Shown here piece after piece: positions 47,391-60,974 of a stretch of DNA of 64,000 bases. Source of the DNA: Carcharhinus longimanus (taxonomy: Eukaryota); NCBI GenBank assembly GCA_030264375.1, contig JASCQW010000156.1, positions 16,169,545 to 16,233,544 on the forward strand, read 5' to 3'. The notes under the pieces were generated by a model. That model had not been told where the DNA came from and ran no database searches. It worked only from the letters and a program-made list of their open reading frames with translations. How positions within the stretch are numbered: the stretch's first letter is position 1; each line of letters begins with the position of its first letter. The position numbers were made by a program, and so were the translations under genes.

Positions 47391-49317
47391 AATGTTTTCA
47401 ATTCATTTTCAGTCAACTAAAGTACAAATTTAAAAATTCTTACTTGCAATCCTCTACATCAGATGCAAAGTAGAGATGCATGCATTTTATCTAACTTGCA
47501 CGGGAAACTGTCTTGGTTGAAGCACCTTACTGAATTCAAAGTCTCAAACACAGGAAGAACGGTTTTACCCCAGAATAAACTAACCTTAGCATTTTGTTGC
47601 TATTTATCTGCATCATTTTTATTGGACAATAGAAATGCGAAGTGACGTAATGGCATCATTTGCAACTTTTCGCTGCTGGGCTTGAAAGGCATTGATTTTC
47701 TTTGTTTGAATCAACTTTTCCTTTGTTGTCTGAGCCATAACAAGCAGAAATGAATCAAACTAGAAACAAACAGTCTTACGTTGGAGAATAAGGATAATTC
47801 AGTTGTTAAGCAAAGAACAAAAATGGCCACGAATCAAAGGAAGCGAGAGCAATATGTTGTGCTACTCTTCAGTTTTCTCATCAGGTTTATGCAACATATT
47901 GGTACCAGCACTGTAGAAGAACATTTGTACTAAATGTTTGTATTTGTACATTTGTACATATATGGTTTAATGTTGTGCTTATCCAGTGCTCTCAATTCAG
48001 CACCTCCAACTGTTCCCTTTATTACCAGCACCAGTGGCACTGCTGTCACTGCCAATACATGCCTTACTGTTGAACAGAATACAATCCAAGTTTATCAGGA
48101 CTCCATACACAAATTGCATACTCTAAGATTGGATGAACATGTGTTTGGGAAGTTGTAACCTCTGATATTTTCTTGGCCATACCAAAGATCCCTTCTCAGA
48201 AATCCAAAGTTTTGGATATTTGTTTGGAGCATTAGTTGTTGAATGTGGATTCTATGTTGAAGACTGGTTTGATGATGGACCTCTAGGTATGGTTGTTTTA
48301 TCAGCCATTGAAGAACTTGATTACATAAATTTAACATTGTCTGTTGGTGGATTCCTTTTGTTAGTGATGCACCTGATGTAGCACTTTGACTTAAATGATT
48401 AATTAACCAACTTTTGCAACATTATAGTCTTCTTTGGGAATGGGAGCATTGCATTGCTTTCAAATACAATGCACAGCTCAATTTTACTGAGGGGAATATT
48501 TCAATTAATCAGAGGCAGAAAAGACATTGATGACAGGAATTTCAATTGTTTAAGCATCAGAGACCGGAGAGAATTTGACCAGATAATTAAGACTGAATAA
48601 ATTGTGGAGCAGACTTGATAGGCCAAATGGCCTAATTCTGCTTCGATATCTTTGGCCTTACGGAATAAAGGAAGTTGCACTTTTCAGGGCTATAGAAAGC
48701 AGAGCAATATAAGTAATTGCACGAAAGTATAAATTAAGTCTGCTTTATTTTTGAGGGCAGAATTTTCAAAAGTCGCTACTGCAAAACCACTCATTCTATC
48801 ATTTCCAATTAGTCAACCAAATTTATAATAGAAATGGGTAATCATTAAGTAGGTTGTTTTGACAGAATACAAATAATAAATAAAAAGAGTGACAAACTCA
48901 AACATACGCCAATAGAATAACGTTTTGGGGAACCATTTTAAAATTCAGATGATAACAACAGAAAACACACCTGGGAATTACACTGTGAACAGAGATGGTT
49001 GACTTGGAATCATTAAACAAGAAATTGTGAAAACAAAACAGAAACATTTTTACAGAAATAATAAGCTACATGAAGAGGCAAAATATTTAAGATAAATGAT
49101 ATAATTGTTTATATTCTGGTATCACAGAGTTTTTTAGTATTATTAATGTGCCTAAAATTAGGAGCAACTTTTTTGTTCTTTTAAGCATATAATGCAATTA
49201 AGTTTCAAAGCATGGACAGTTTGGTCAGTGGAAGATGGAAATATAACTCAGCAGGATGAAGATTATAACTGGCAGGGATTAAACTCAGTCATCAAGAACA
49301 AAAATTCACCATTGGCA

Positions 49318-50440
49318 ATCTGAAAAAAAAAACAAAATGCAGGCAACTACAAAGCAGCTCAGATAGCATTTGTGGAAAAGAAGCACAGCAAACCTTTCAG
49401 GTCAATGTCAGAACTGGAAAAGTATGTAACAAGTTTTCAGCAAATACAGAGCTAGGGAAAGATGATGCCTGAGTTGGAGAAAGATTTACAATAATTTACC
49501 ATTCTGTCCTTTATCCCTCCCTTCTCACCATCCAGGCTCACAAACAGCTCTCCCAGGTGAAAGAGTGATTTACGAGCATTTCTTTCAATTTGATATACTG
49601 GTCATGATAAATTGTCCTGTACATGGCAGACCATCAAATGCATATTTGGTGACCGCAAATGGGAACATCTCCATTCTATGCACAAGTTTGACCTTGAACT
49701 TAGTCACCGATCATTTTAATTTTTTGTGACCATCTCAGTCTGACCTCTGTGCCCTCAGCCTCCTACACTATTCCAATGAAGTTCAACATAGTTCAAGGAA
49801 GAGCACTCATCTCAAGTTTATGTACTTTTTCTGTTATTGTTGCTGGAGCCTTAGATGCAACAGTCATGGACCTGGACTTACAGGCAATGATGGAGGCAAA
49901 ACTGCTGGTACACCCTACCTCTTATTTAACATTACACTAACTATTTACAATGTAGACATGGTATGAGGCTCGATGTAGAACTCTCGATTCATGCTGTTAT
50001 GTGATCTTACATCTGATGATATAGATTGCATATTTACATCTTTAAGATTAACCTTTGATACTACACTTTCCAGCCTTCCAGGTTCAACATTGAGTTCAAC
50101 AATTTNNNNNNNNNNNNNNNNNNNNNNNNNNNNNNNNNNNNNNNNNNNNNNNNNNNNNNNNNNNNNNNNNNNNNNNNNNNNNNNNNNNNNNNNNNNNNNN
50201 NNNNNNNNNNNNNNNNNNNNNNNNNNNNNNNNNNNNNNNNNNNNNNNNNNNNNNNNNNNNNNNNNNNNNNNNNNNNNNNNNCTGTCTTTTGTTCTTATCC
50301 TTCTTTTTCCTGCCTCTGTTCTTGCTCAAAGGTCATTCGATCTCATTTTCCAATTCTGATATAAGGCCAACAATTTTAACTCTGTATCCCTTTCCATAGA
50401 TACGGTCTGGCCTGGAGTATTCTTACTATTTTCTGTTTAT
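49318..50440 (+). mobile_element. Penelope-like element: inverted terminus, degraded GIY-YIG region and terminus
   Basis: 49500-49830 and 50055-50105 are collinear with 61690-62170 (tcattttaat, tgagttcaacaa). Termini at 49320-49420 and 50355-50440 are in opposite orientations. Confidence 0.65.
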
Positions 50441-52069
50441 ATCTTATTGAGCACACTTGCATTTAACTTCATACCAAAGCTCCATTACTTAAAAACTTCA
50501 CTATAATTTTGCATTTTCAGCTCTAATTTTTACAGCATTGTTATTGAAAGAGGGAGAAACAATGAACTATTAAGATTCTGTTAATAAGCTCTCAGACCTT
50601 TATCAACAATTGTAAATACCAGTAGCTGCCCATCAGAGGATCTCTCCTAAGTTTTCTCCCCTAAGGACAGCAACTGGCTTCTGCCTGGCTGCTACTCATG
50701 AGCTAAATTAGGAATTTAACAAGTGTTTTGAAAAATTTTGATAATACTACTGATTTTTAGGGTTTTTTGTTGGTTTGTAACATCAATGGATTTTAGTAAC
50801 AACTTTTAACTGGTGCAGTTTGAATTTCTATTAGTGAGAAAATGGGCAGTCAAGGCAGTTGAGATCCTTTACAGGTGGGCAGCTGTTTGTGAGAAACTAC
50901 ATTTAATGGTTTTATGACTGTTGTTTGAGAGTCTGAAATTAGCAGCTCTATGTTTGAAGAAATTGCTGAACACTAGCTTTAACTTGTGATGACATCTCAT
51001 TTTTAAACAAAACCTATGCATTGACTGAACTGGTTAACTAGATTTGTACAGTACATTAGAGGGGACTCTTCTATTTTGACAATGTGGTAGGAAGTATTAT
51101 TAACATTTGTTCTCAACGGTTTTAGTATTTGTGAGAATAGGTTAGAGTATGTTGATGTGAATGTTTACAATGGGTGCAATATTGACGAGAGGCCATGATA
51201 TTGTTCTAACGGTTGCAGCTGTTGTATATCTGAAGAAAATGTATAATTCGATTGCAATGGAATGCAAACTCTGGGAGTCCAGAAAACAAAGGACAGACAT
51301 ATGTTTTTCTACATGAGTCTTAGTGGTGGGGTGACACCAGACTTGCACTCTAAGCCAATGGAAGAGATGAATTTGGACTATTTCTAAACAAGGTTATGGG
51401 AACAAGGGCTAAAAGTTGGAAAAGCAGATTCTTTGTTTGCAAAGTGTACATGGCTGTGGTATGATTCTTCCAAGAGATGGTTTAACACCACTTCAGAGAT
51501 AGAAGGGAAAGACATTGCTTGTGCTAACACCACTCAAGGAATTCTAGGAACCTAAAGGATGAGGCACTTCCAAGTTATCTTTACTGCTTAATAAATTCTA
51601 CTTGACTCAAAAAATAGCTGTTCATAGCTTGTTAAGCCAGGCAGAAATTAAGAATTTGGAACTTAATGATTTTAATTAGAACAGATTTATAGCTCAAAAC
51701 CCTAAATCTTGCAGTTTGGAATCAAAGCAGCAAAGGCATGTCCTACCATTCAATGTCACAATATAGTTAGTGCACCGATAGGGCATCACCATGTGCTCCA
51801 TTAACTCTTCTTCAAATAATTGTAAGCACTGCAACATTAACTTTAGAGATAATTTATTCTTTCGCAGATCAACTGTGAGACAACTATACAAACATCATCT
51901 CAAAGCAAACAAAGAATATAGAAATAACATCCTTTAAGCAAGCACTGTAAAGTTAATGCACTTTATTGGAAATTATTTCTTTGCATTCAACTATTTCAAC
52001 AATTCACTTTAGCAATGCATCAGTTCAAGTTTCTCAGAATGACGGAAATAGTATGTCTTTTACCCTGGA

Positions 52070-52450
52070 CTTTCTTCCCTTTAGGTGAGTTCTTGCTAAG
52101 ATGATATTCCAGGAGCATCAGCAATCCTCGCACACCCTGCCAAGCTGGTTATTATTCAGGTCGAAGCCCAGAATGCCCATGTCAGCAGGTTACTTGATTG
52201 CAAACAGTAGCAGAGCTATACCCAATCTTCAATAATTCAAATGTTACTCAATTCCCAACACATATACAGAATGACTAGAAGAACGAACCTGGCTGCTCAG
52301 TCCTTCAATGGTCCAAAGGCATTGAGGCCAACCATAGTTCCTGCATATGTTGCCCTGAAAGAGATCAGTTACTTGAGCACAATTCGGAAATAATACCTGG
52401 CACAATCTGAATTCTATGCCTCAGTTCCACAGAATCTTTATCCGTTCAAG
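52070..52450 (-). mobile_element. Ancient SINE-like repeat (6240 family)
   Basis: gtcagcaggttacttgatt, gaacctggctg, gcattgaggccaa and gagatcagttacttgagcaca motifs. Confidence 0.45.
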
Positions 52451-52609
52451 AGATTTTAGGACTTAAATCAACTTTCATCCGCTAACTTTTCTTAAAAGAT
52501 AGAAATTTTAAATCCAGTCTGCCAGCCTAAAGGGAAGTGAAATAGCGCTCATTGCTCAAATATTGCAATATACACTCCCCAAAATATCGTATTATTCTGC
52601 AATAACTAG

Positions 52610-52790
52610 TGTTTATATAGTACCTTTAATATGGTAAAACAGTCCAAGCCATTTTGAAAATTGACACCAAGTCACAAAGAGATGTGACAACAAATCACCA
52701 AAAATTTGGTTTGTAAGTGGGCAAAGAGCATCTTAAAGGAGAGAGAAGGTGGAGAGATAGGGTTAGGGAGGGAATTCCAGAGCTTTACAT
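52610..52790 (-). mobile_element. L2-clade LINE 3' end
   Basis: tttatatagtacctttaa tail, then gagcatcttaaagga...gggagggaattccagagc. Confidence 0.55.
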
Positions 52791-52829
52791 TTAGAAAGCT
52801 GCAGGCATAACAAGCAGTATGGAAAAATA

Positions 52830-53660
52830 CTTGGTAGGGTTGTGGATAGTGAAGAGGATTGTCAGAGGATACAACAAGATATAGACTGATAGGAGACTTG
52901 GACAGAGAAATGGCAGATGGAGTTTCATCTGGTCAAGTGGGAGATAATGCATTTTGAAAGGTCTAATGCATGGAGGAATTATACAGTAAATGGTACAACA
53001 GAGATCTGGGCGTACATGTCCACAATTACTGAAAGTGGCAATGCAGGTGGAATAGGTAGTCAAGAAAGCATACTTGCATCAATTAGTCCGGTCATTGAGT
53101 ATAACAATTGGCAGTCATGCTGCTGCTGTACACAACATTAGTTCGGCCTCATTTAGAATATTGTGTACCATTCTGATCACCACACTACCAGGAGGATGTG
53201 GATACTTTGGCGAGGGTACAAAAGAGGTTTGCCAGGATGTTGCCTGGTCTGGCAGGTATCAGCTATGAGGAAAGGTTGGATAAACTTGATTTACTCTCAC
53301 TGGAGTGACTGAGATTTACAAGATTATGAGTGTCATGGACAGGGTGCATAGTTAGATGCTCTTTCCTAGGGTAAAAAAGTCAAGTACTAGAGGACATGGG
53401 TTTAAGATGCGTGGGGAAAAGTTTAGAGTAGATGTGCGAGGCAAGTTTCTTAACATAGAGGGTGGTGAATGTCTGGAACGCACTGCCTGGGGAGGAGGTA
53501 GGGGCAGGTACAGTAGCAGCATTTAAGGGGCAAGTGGATGAATACATGAACAGGATGGGACTGAAGGGATACAGTCTCTGTAAACACATACGGTTTTAGT
53601 TTAGTCATGATTAGCGTAGGCCCAAAGGGCCTGTTCCTGTGCTGTACTGTACTTTGAAAC
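52830..53660 (+). mobile_element. HER1/CR1 LINE ORF2 C-terminus and 3' end
   Basis: LQQDID...WTEKWQMEF, LVRPHLEYCVPF and SYEERLDKL motifs, with tail gggcctgttcctgtgctgtactgt. Confidence 0.9.
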
Positions 53661-53669
53661 AATCAACTA

Positions 53670-53785
53670 TAGAAGCAGAATATTACAGATACTGGAAACC
53701 TGAAATGAAGGCAGATAATGCTGGACAAACTCAACAGGTCTGGCAGCATCTGTGGAGAGAAACAGAATTAATGCTTCAGATGTAA
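53670..53785 (-). mobile_element. Penelope-like terminal fragment
   Basis: gatactggaaacctgaaat...aatgctggacaaactcaacaggtctggcagcatctgtggagagaaacagaattaa. Confidence 0.55.
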
Positions 53786-53884
53786 ATTAGCCTTCCACAG
53801 GAACAGTAAAATTGGGGTGTGTAAGAAGGGAAGAACAGGAGGATAACAAGGGAGTTGAGAGCCTAGAAAAGATAAGAAAGGAAA

Positions 53885-54325
53885 GCATAAGGCCATGGAG
53901 GAATTTGAAAATAGGGATGAGAACTTTTTTAAAAAAAAAAGCTTTGCTTGACATGGAGTTAAATGTAGGTCAGCAAGCACAGGAGTGACAGGTGAAAGGA
54001 GCCGGTGTACATTAAAACACAAGCTTTAGAGTTTTGAATTTGCTGAAGCTATGGAGGATGGAACATGAGAAGCCAGTTGAGAAAGTATTGAAATAGTCAA
54101 ACCTTGAGGTAACAAAGGCATGACTGACTTTAGCAGCAGATGAACGAAGGTAGGAGCAGAGACAGGTAATATTGCAGAGATGGAAATATGCAGTTGTGGT
54201 GACTACTGTGTGGGTGTGTACTAGAAGCTCATCTCAGGGTTTAATATAACATCAAGGCTGTGAGCAGTCTGGTTTTGCTTCAAATTGTGGCCAGGAAGAG
54301 GAATAGAGTTGGCAACTGGGGATCA
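53885..54325 (-). mobile_element. L2-clade LINE C-terminal fragment
   Basis: ggccatggaggaatttgaaaatagggatgagaa...aatgtaggtcagcaagcacaggagtga (antisense of TPVLADLH) and attgaaatagtcaaacctt. Confidence 0.6.
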
Positions 54326-54667
54326 AGTTATCGGCTTTTAATGTAATCTGCTAATAGATTCAGTTAATTGGTGTCTGAAGCACTGTTTTTGTTTGTTTTA
54401 TTACAACATTCACACTTTTTTTGGTTCAAAATCAGAAGTTGCAGTGTCAAGGTGAGGCACATGCAGTGCAAGGAGACAAAACTAACATACAACACTAAAA
54501 GGAGAGTGGAAAATTAGATCAGTGTCGCTAAATTAATGGAAGAATATAGTACCAAATACAACCCTTCTTTAATTGAACTGCTGTTATTTTGTGGTAAAAA
54601 GTCTGACAACACCAGGTTTTAGTCCAACCTATTTATTTGATAATAATATTTTGTGCCCAGTCGTCTT

Positions 54668-54745
54668 TCTCAAGGGCAATTAGGGAATGGGTAATAAACG
54701 CTGGCCTTCACAGTGACTCCACACCCCATGGTCAAATGAAAAAGC
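54668..54745 (+). mobile_element. 3' tail of the 3905-type SINE / second CR1-like family
   Basis: tcaagggcaattagggaatgggtaataaacgctggcc...acaccccatg, with a similar piece at 34070-34150. Confidence 0.65.
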
Positions 54746-55578
54746 GTCCATGCATATTGTACAAAAAACATGAGCATAATTTGTATGCTTGAGATATTTA
54801 AACTAAATCTCACCCTCACCAACCTCTTACTCTGATCTGCTCTCTTTATCCCTTCCCTCTTGAAACTGGCATGGTTCCACAAATGCTGATGGCACTCAAT
54901 ATTTCATCCAATAGAATTCTACAGGTACTCTTCGGGGAATGTGAAAGCAAATGTTACCTTGAAAGAAATGACAATTTTACACAAATAATGTGAAGGAACT
55001 GTACTGATGAAAATACTGTGTAATGTAGTTCTTTCGGTTATGTAATAGCAATTTTTAAAATGTTAGATATATACAGGCTATACACATAATGACATGAGCT
55101 TACTGTACATACTTTTTGAAGAACTTGCATAGAATTTCCATACTGCTTAGATTGTAACCTCAGCATCTTTTAAAATGGTTTCTTATTGTCGATCAACGCC
55201 GAGTTCCCTGCCAACACTGTTCTCAACATGTTTGGAGAGATGCATAGGCTGACTCAACCCACGACTTTGGGTCTCTTGAATAATTAAAATGTTTTATTCA
55301 TTTATAGGCACCAAAATATTCAGAACGAATGGTTACAGTATTTTACTTCAGCACATACAGTTCCAGCTTTAAATTCAGTAACTGTTATGGATTGTTAATA
55401 TTTAAAGATAAATCTAAATGTCTTGTTTAAGCAATAGCATTATCCCACAAGATTGTATGTTTTTATTAAAAACAAAAAACAAACTTTGTTGTATATTTTT
55501 AAATAAAGTATTAACAATATAGTTTTAAACATATAGGTTTTACTTTCTTCCCGCAAGAATTTTCTTATAAGGCACATC

Positions 55579-55682
55579 AGGCGGGATTTTCTGACTGTGT
55601 GCACCCCAAGAATGGAAATTCCTGCCCAAGGTCAACGGACCTGCGGTGATTCACAGGCTGGCAGGACTGGAAAATTCCACTC
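55579..55682. mobile_element. Small MITE-like element
   Basis: ggcgggattttct...ggaaaattccactc ends. Internal cacccca, ctgccc.aggtc and ggctggcagga blocks are shared with 30695-30798. Confidence 0.55.
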
Positions 55683-55785
55683 AGCAATCTTAACGTTTTT
55701 TTACTTCTATAAGGACTACCATTAGTATGCCACACTCCTCTGGAGAATTTTTTCAGCGCGAGATATTCTCAGAGGTAAAACTTAC

Positions 55786-55881
55786 ATTTACCAATTCTTG
55801 GTAGTGAATGCCTTCGTCTTTTCTGATTCCTTTTCAATAATTCCAAGCTCATCTGCTTGCTGCATGCTTTGGCACAAAACC
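55786..55881 (-). other. Candidate 96-nt exon
   Basis: Acceptor ggtctccacAG and donor AAT|GTAAGT, with open frame FCAKACSKQMSLELLKRNQKRRRHSLPRIGK. No recognised homology. Confidence 0.25.
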
Positions 55882-56678
55882 CTGTGGAGACCACTGTACA
55901 TTCTTCCAATAGTTCAAACAAAGCAATCTTCAAGCTCCCGTTCCCTCACAAACTTCAACTGAGATTAAACTTCACCCGCATTCCACACATCAATGAAGAA
56001 GTTAGACTGTTTACACTCTGCTTACAGTGCTGATTTATTTAACTGTCATTTGTTCTGGCTATCTTCCCTCATGGCGCAACAAACCATACAAAGTCCAAGT
56101 TGCAATTAACATTCTCAGGAAGACAACCCATCTAAATTGGAATCACAAACCCCTAAGCTCCACCCATCTTCTTAATGACATATCATGAATTGGAATGTCC
56201 CTAAGCCAATATGTATATTAATTATCCTTCACTTATGATTTCTTCTCTGATCTTATGAAGTGCAATTATTCTATAATCTTTCAGGGTACATTAAATGCTG
56301 TTAAACTTACCGCCCAAAACAATCTCTCTGGACCTCCCTAACTGCAAACATTGCAGATGCCATGTCTCCAGTTCTTTATCTAAGCAAGTTATCCTACTAT
56401 TTTATAGCTCTTAGCCTTCTAGGTAACAAGCTCTTATCAACATGGCCCCAACTTTTAAAGGGTAATATGGTCATTTTAAAGGGTAAAATGCTTTCTTAAA
56501 TGCATTTACCTTATTTTCTACAGTTAAATTTAATTACAAAAACTAGAAATTATAATAGAAAACATTTGGAACCAAGTAATACAGGAATGAAAAATATCCT
56601 CACATACCAACTTTGCTTCTCTAAGAATCAAACGAAAAGGATGCCAGTTTTCAGGCATGTCAGACTCTTCTACATCGA

Positions 56679-57938
56679 TGTTACTTTAGCCATTTTCACA
56701 AAAGGGAGCTATTTGTTGTGATCTGAATTTACATTTCATTGTGTGACTTAAGTGTACCTTTAAGAAAAGTTTTTTTTAAAAAACATGATTTCTGCAGCTC
56801 TCACACTTCAGCGGTTTCTTAGCTCACAGCTTCAGTGATGTCATTATTGCCGGCTTGACTGGAAATGTCCTTTTATTGCTATTTAAGTGCAGTTGTTCGT
56901 GTTTACTCAGATTGCGGCACGGTAGCACAGTGGTTAGCACTGCTACTTGACAGCTCCAGGGACCTGGGTTCAATTCCCTGCTTGGGTCACTGGCTGTGTA
57001 GCGTTTGCACATTTCTCCACGTGTCTGTGTGGGTTTTCTCTGGGTGCTCCAGTTTCCTCCCACTGTCCAAAGATGTGTGGGTTAGGTTGATTGGCCATGC
57101 TAAATTGACCTTTAATGTCCTGAGATGCATAGGTTAGAAGGATTAGTGGATAAATATGCAAGGTTATGGGGAGTAGGGCCTGTGTGGGATTGCGGTCGGT
57201 ACAGACTTGATGGGCCAAATGGGCTCTTTCTGCACTGTAAAGTTTCTATGATTTCCATGATTAGTTGTACCAACCTGCATTGTTAGGACGACAATCATGT
57301 GTTTTTGAAAGTTTTTTTTTCAGTGAATGTAAGGTTTCATTTTGAGTTTGATTGCAGCTAGAGTTTAGCTTTCGAAGGGACAGCATGTTTAAAAACAAAT
57401 ATTTTCCCTCTCTCCTTGTTATTTTGAAAATTCTGTTGGTTAGCTGAAAACAAAATCTTGTTTTCTTGAAAGGTGGAAATCTGCGGTTGTTGGGGGCTGG
57501 ACCAGAGCCTCTCTGGCGTTTTGGGAAGCTGTCTCGCCTTCAAACTGTTCGGCGTGAAACCAGAGAACTGCAGACTTTGACCAAAGGACTCAATTTCCAT
57601 ACCACATGAGCAATAGATTTTGCTGTCTTGAACCTGTTTAAAGGGTTTTGACTATGGCAAGGTTTTGGCTCGACTGGAACACTTTATATATCCATTAAGG
57701 GTTATACATTATTGTGGTTGTTTTGTTTTTGTAACTGGTAAAAGTTCTTGCTAATTTTCTTACTATACATGTTGACTATATTCTTAAATAAAGTTTGATA
57801 AAAGCTCCCTGGTGTATCATTTGAATCATACCTAAAGTGAAACCCATCATGCTTATCCTGGCCAAATCCAAATGTAAAATTTATGGATTCAGACGGGCTT
57901 CATAAAATACTTCAGAGTTTCTAACCTGAACCATAATA
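56679..57938 (+). mobile_element. Solo LTR (same family as 15727-16390) interrupted by an HE1 SINE
   Basis: TGTTA start, AATAAA at ~57787, 3' 150 bp aligning with the reverse complement of 15727-15890, and a degenerate ccataata end. Confidence 0.55.
56914..57260 (+). mobile_element. HE1-type V-SINE, full length
   Basis: gcggcacggtagcacagtggttagcactgct, GGTTCAATTCC, V domain, tail gatgggccaaatgg...ttctatgatttccatga. Confidence 0.93.
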
Positions 57939-59984
57939 ATTTAGAGAAATACATTGAATCAAATATTGCAATTCTTAAATTTCCTAAGCAAGGCATCTAT
58001 GCGCTAAACCTTTGTCAACCAGCGTGAACATATTTTATAAATCCCAGTCATTAATTGTGTTGGACCTCTTCCAAGTTGCTGGACAGGGGACCCAAATCTG
58101 CAATGACTTTTGAATAAAAACGACGGCACTCCTGTGCAATCATTTAAGTGAAGTTTCATGATGTAATACTGGAAGCACTATACAAAATGGCATCTCCTGT
58201 GCTTCATGAACTAGAAAATATAGCAAACAAGGAATGATCGAGACACCATAACACAGAAAATAAGAAAATTCAATAGATTATATTCCTGCTTGAACATCTT
58301 CCAAGAAAAAAACAAGCTTTTCAAATGCACACTTTTTCTCAAAAGGAGAGTTAAATTGACAAACTTAAATGAGTTAAACAATACATGTCAGCCCTAACAT
58401 TTTTAGTTAATTGTGGCAATACTATTTAAAGGAAAGCTGTGTTTCATTACTTTTTCTTACTGTTTGTTTACATTACTCCAGGGAATTTTGTTTATTAACA
58501 TTTAGGATGTTGCAGGTTTTACCTCTTTGCAGTTATCTTAAAAACAAGGCAATTCTTGAATTAATTAATTCTTTTTAAAGCATTCATTGCATCGTGAATA
58601 ATATTTACTGTTATCGATGTCAACACTGGCAGAGAAGTGCCCAACTCCATTATTATGCTCATTGCTAGATTCATTAGTTCAAAATTAAAACACTGGTATT
58701 AACTATATTAAAGGAAGTACAGCTGTGCTTCACTGTTACAACTCAAAGTAAATTGATGTAATCATTTATCTAGTGCAATGGGAAAAACTTGGTGTCAAGC
58801 TAAAGTATGAACGGAACACAAATTACTCTGCATTGCAGGATCTTTGTGGGGGGTACCTTGCTCTGAATCATTTAAAATGATATTGGGTCCTTCAGCACTA
58901 TAACAGCTTGTGATACTCTGGGCTAAGACCTAGAGGATGTTATGAGCAGTCATGGAACGTAATTTATTTCCTATGATGGGGCTCACTCAAGTAATTTATG
59001 GTTACTGCCACAAGTGGGATATGAACCACATCACATGATTCATCACATATTCTGTTTATGAGATTTGTTGCATAAAAAATTAAAATGACACAAATTAGAT
59101 TTAAATTTTAAAATGGGAACAAAATTGATGTTCAGAGTGGTTCATAATCTTAGGATTCAAGCTAAGCTGGTTGAAAGCAATTCCATGAAAAACATCATGA
59201 TACAAATGTGGCACGTACTGTCGTAAAGACCACAGATGTTAATTCAAATTGAGGGGATAGAAGGACAGATATGCCTAGTTAAGGAGTGAGGTTATCAAGG
59301 GTGATTGGAAAAATGCTAGGATTTTCAAAAAGAATGCCGTGGCCAATTGAAATTACAGAACAGGCTAAATAAGCCTATTCCTATGTTTCCTCTGAATTCA
59401 GTACAACTATTTTTTCCTTCAGAGCATCTTCCACAGGCAATAAGCAATTTACAAAGAGGACACCACCATGCATGATGTATTAATCAAACAAATGATAAAG
59501 CTGGCTTGAAATCTTTTTGGATTGTATTTGGATTTATAATCATCAAACTTAACTCAACAATCTACAGCAGGTGGGTGGATATGAATATGTATACTTGTGC
59601 ATGTGTTTAGGTACTCACGTAAGTATTTAGCTCTTGCCTCAATACCAATACTCTCGAACACAATATGTAGTGGAACTACAACAGTTTCAACTCAAAACAT
59701 TGACAGGTGCAAAACACCAAAAATCCGAGAGTAGTCGATGAGTGTCTGAAAATTACATTTAAAATTAAAAGAAGCAAGGTACTTGATCGTGCAATAATTT
59801 TAAACATCTGCCGTTCCACTTCCAAAATCAACTTTTGACTCCCACATGTTGAAGTGGACTAAGTTTTCATTCAAACAGCTATCACTTACATGAAATAAGT
59901 TCAGAAAACTTCAACTCAGAGTAGTACACAAGCTCATTGCATAAAAACTGATAAGTCAGAACTGATCAGAAAAATCTCATTAAG

Positions 59985-60110
59985 GAAATCCATAAGGAAT
60001 ACTCTAACAAATTTCTTCTCAATGCTCCCTTCGCCAATGAGAATAGCCCTTGCTTCTCCAATCTATCCTCTAAATGAATATCCCATTTTACCTCTATTAA
60101 TTTGTTTTTA
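59985..60110 (-). mobile_element. Old CR1 C-terminal fragment
   Basis: LEDRLEKQGLFSLAKGALRRNLLE resembles CR1 YEERLxxLGLFSLExRRLRGDLIE. Confidence 0.6.
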
Positions 60111-60974
60111 CAAACCCATGGGCAGCTTCCTACATAAGACTGCAATGGTTGTATAACCAAAATTCTTGAGTGGAATTAGATTCTCTAACCAGAGTGATGG
60201 CAAAGCCAGCTTGTTGATTTTAACTTCCCATCAGAATTCACTCAAGAGTAAACACAATTGACGAACATTTCCCAAGTATTTGTGCATGTGTGCGGGCACT
60301 CGTGTTGTATTTTGCAAAAAGGATTATTTTACTGTAGCCTTGGAACTGGTAGGACTTTTATTGCATTACCAATGACATCATGTCCCATACAGCTGCCAAC
60401 AATGTTGCTTCCAGTAATTTGTTCCAAATGATTTACTTCTTTCTTTCACCATAATGATTTAATTACTTCATGTACACCAAGTATTTTTCAACGCAACCTA
60501 TGTAGAAGTGAGCAGAATCAAAATTTATGCTCATCTTAAATTTAGTTTATACAGTAGACTGTATAAATAGAATAGTTTATTATTATAACTAGTGTCAGCA
60601 CAAGCAAATTAAAATCAATCCTTTTTTAAAAATCTGATCTATCAACATGAATAATCCAAGGTCAAATTGGCTCAGAAAATTTAATACAAAAAGATGCTGT
60701 TGCGAGAGATGTGGATTGATACTGCCATAGCCAAATCAATGTCATCACATAAGAGAGGAGGCTCAAACAAGGTCATATAAAGTAACTCCATCAATTGCTT
60801 AGTGGGTAAATGCACCATAAAATGCAATATTGAGACATTTGGACCAGGCAATCACAGCTCCAACCCCTTCTCTGTGTTGAGTTATCTATTTCATGTCAGG
60901 GTACGACATAATCGAAAAGCAGAATACTGCAGATGCTGGAAACCTGAAATACAAACAGAAAATGCATGATGCCA

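Noticed and set aside
48090-48390. Overlapping open frames on both strands
   Set aside because: No recognisable protein motif and no consistent splice boundaries; possibly a decayed unknown repeat.
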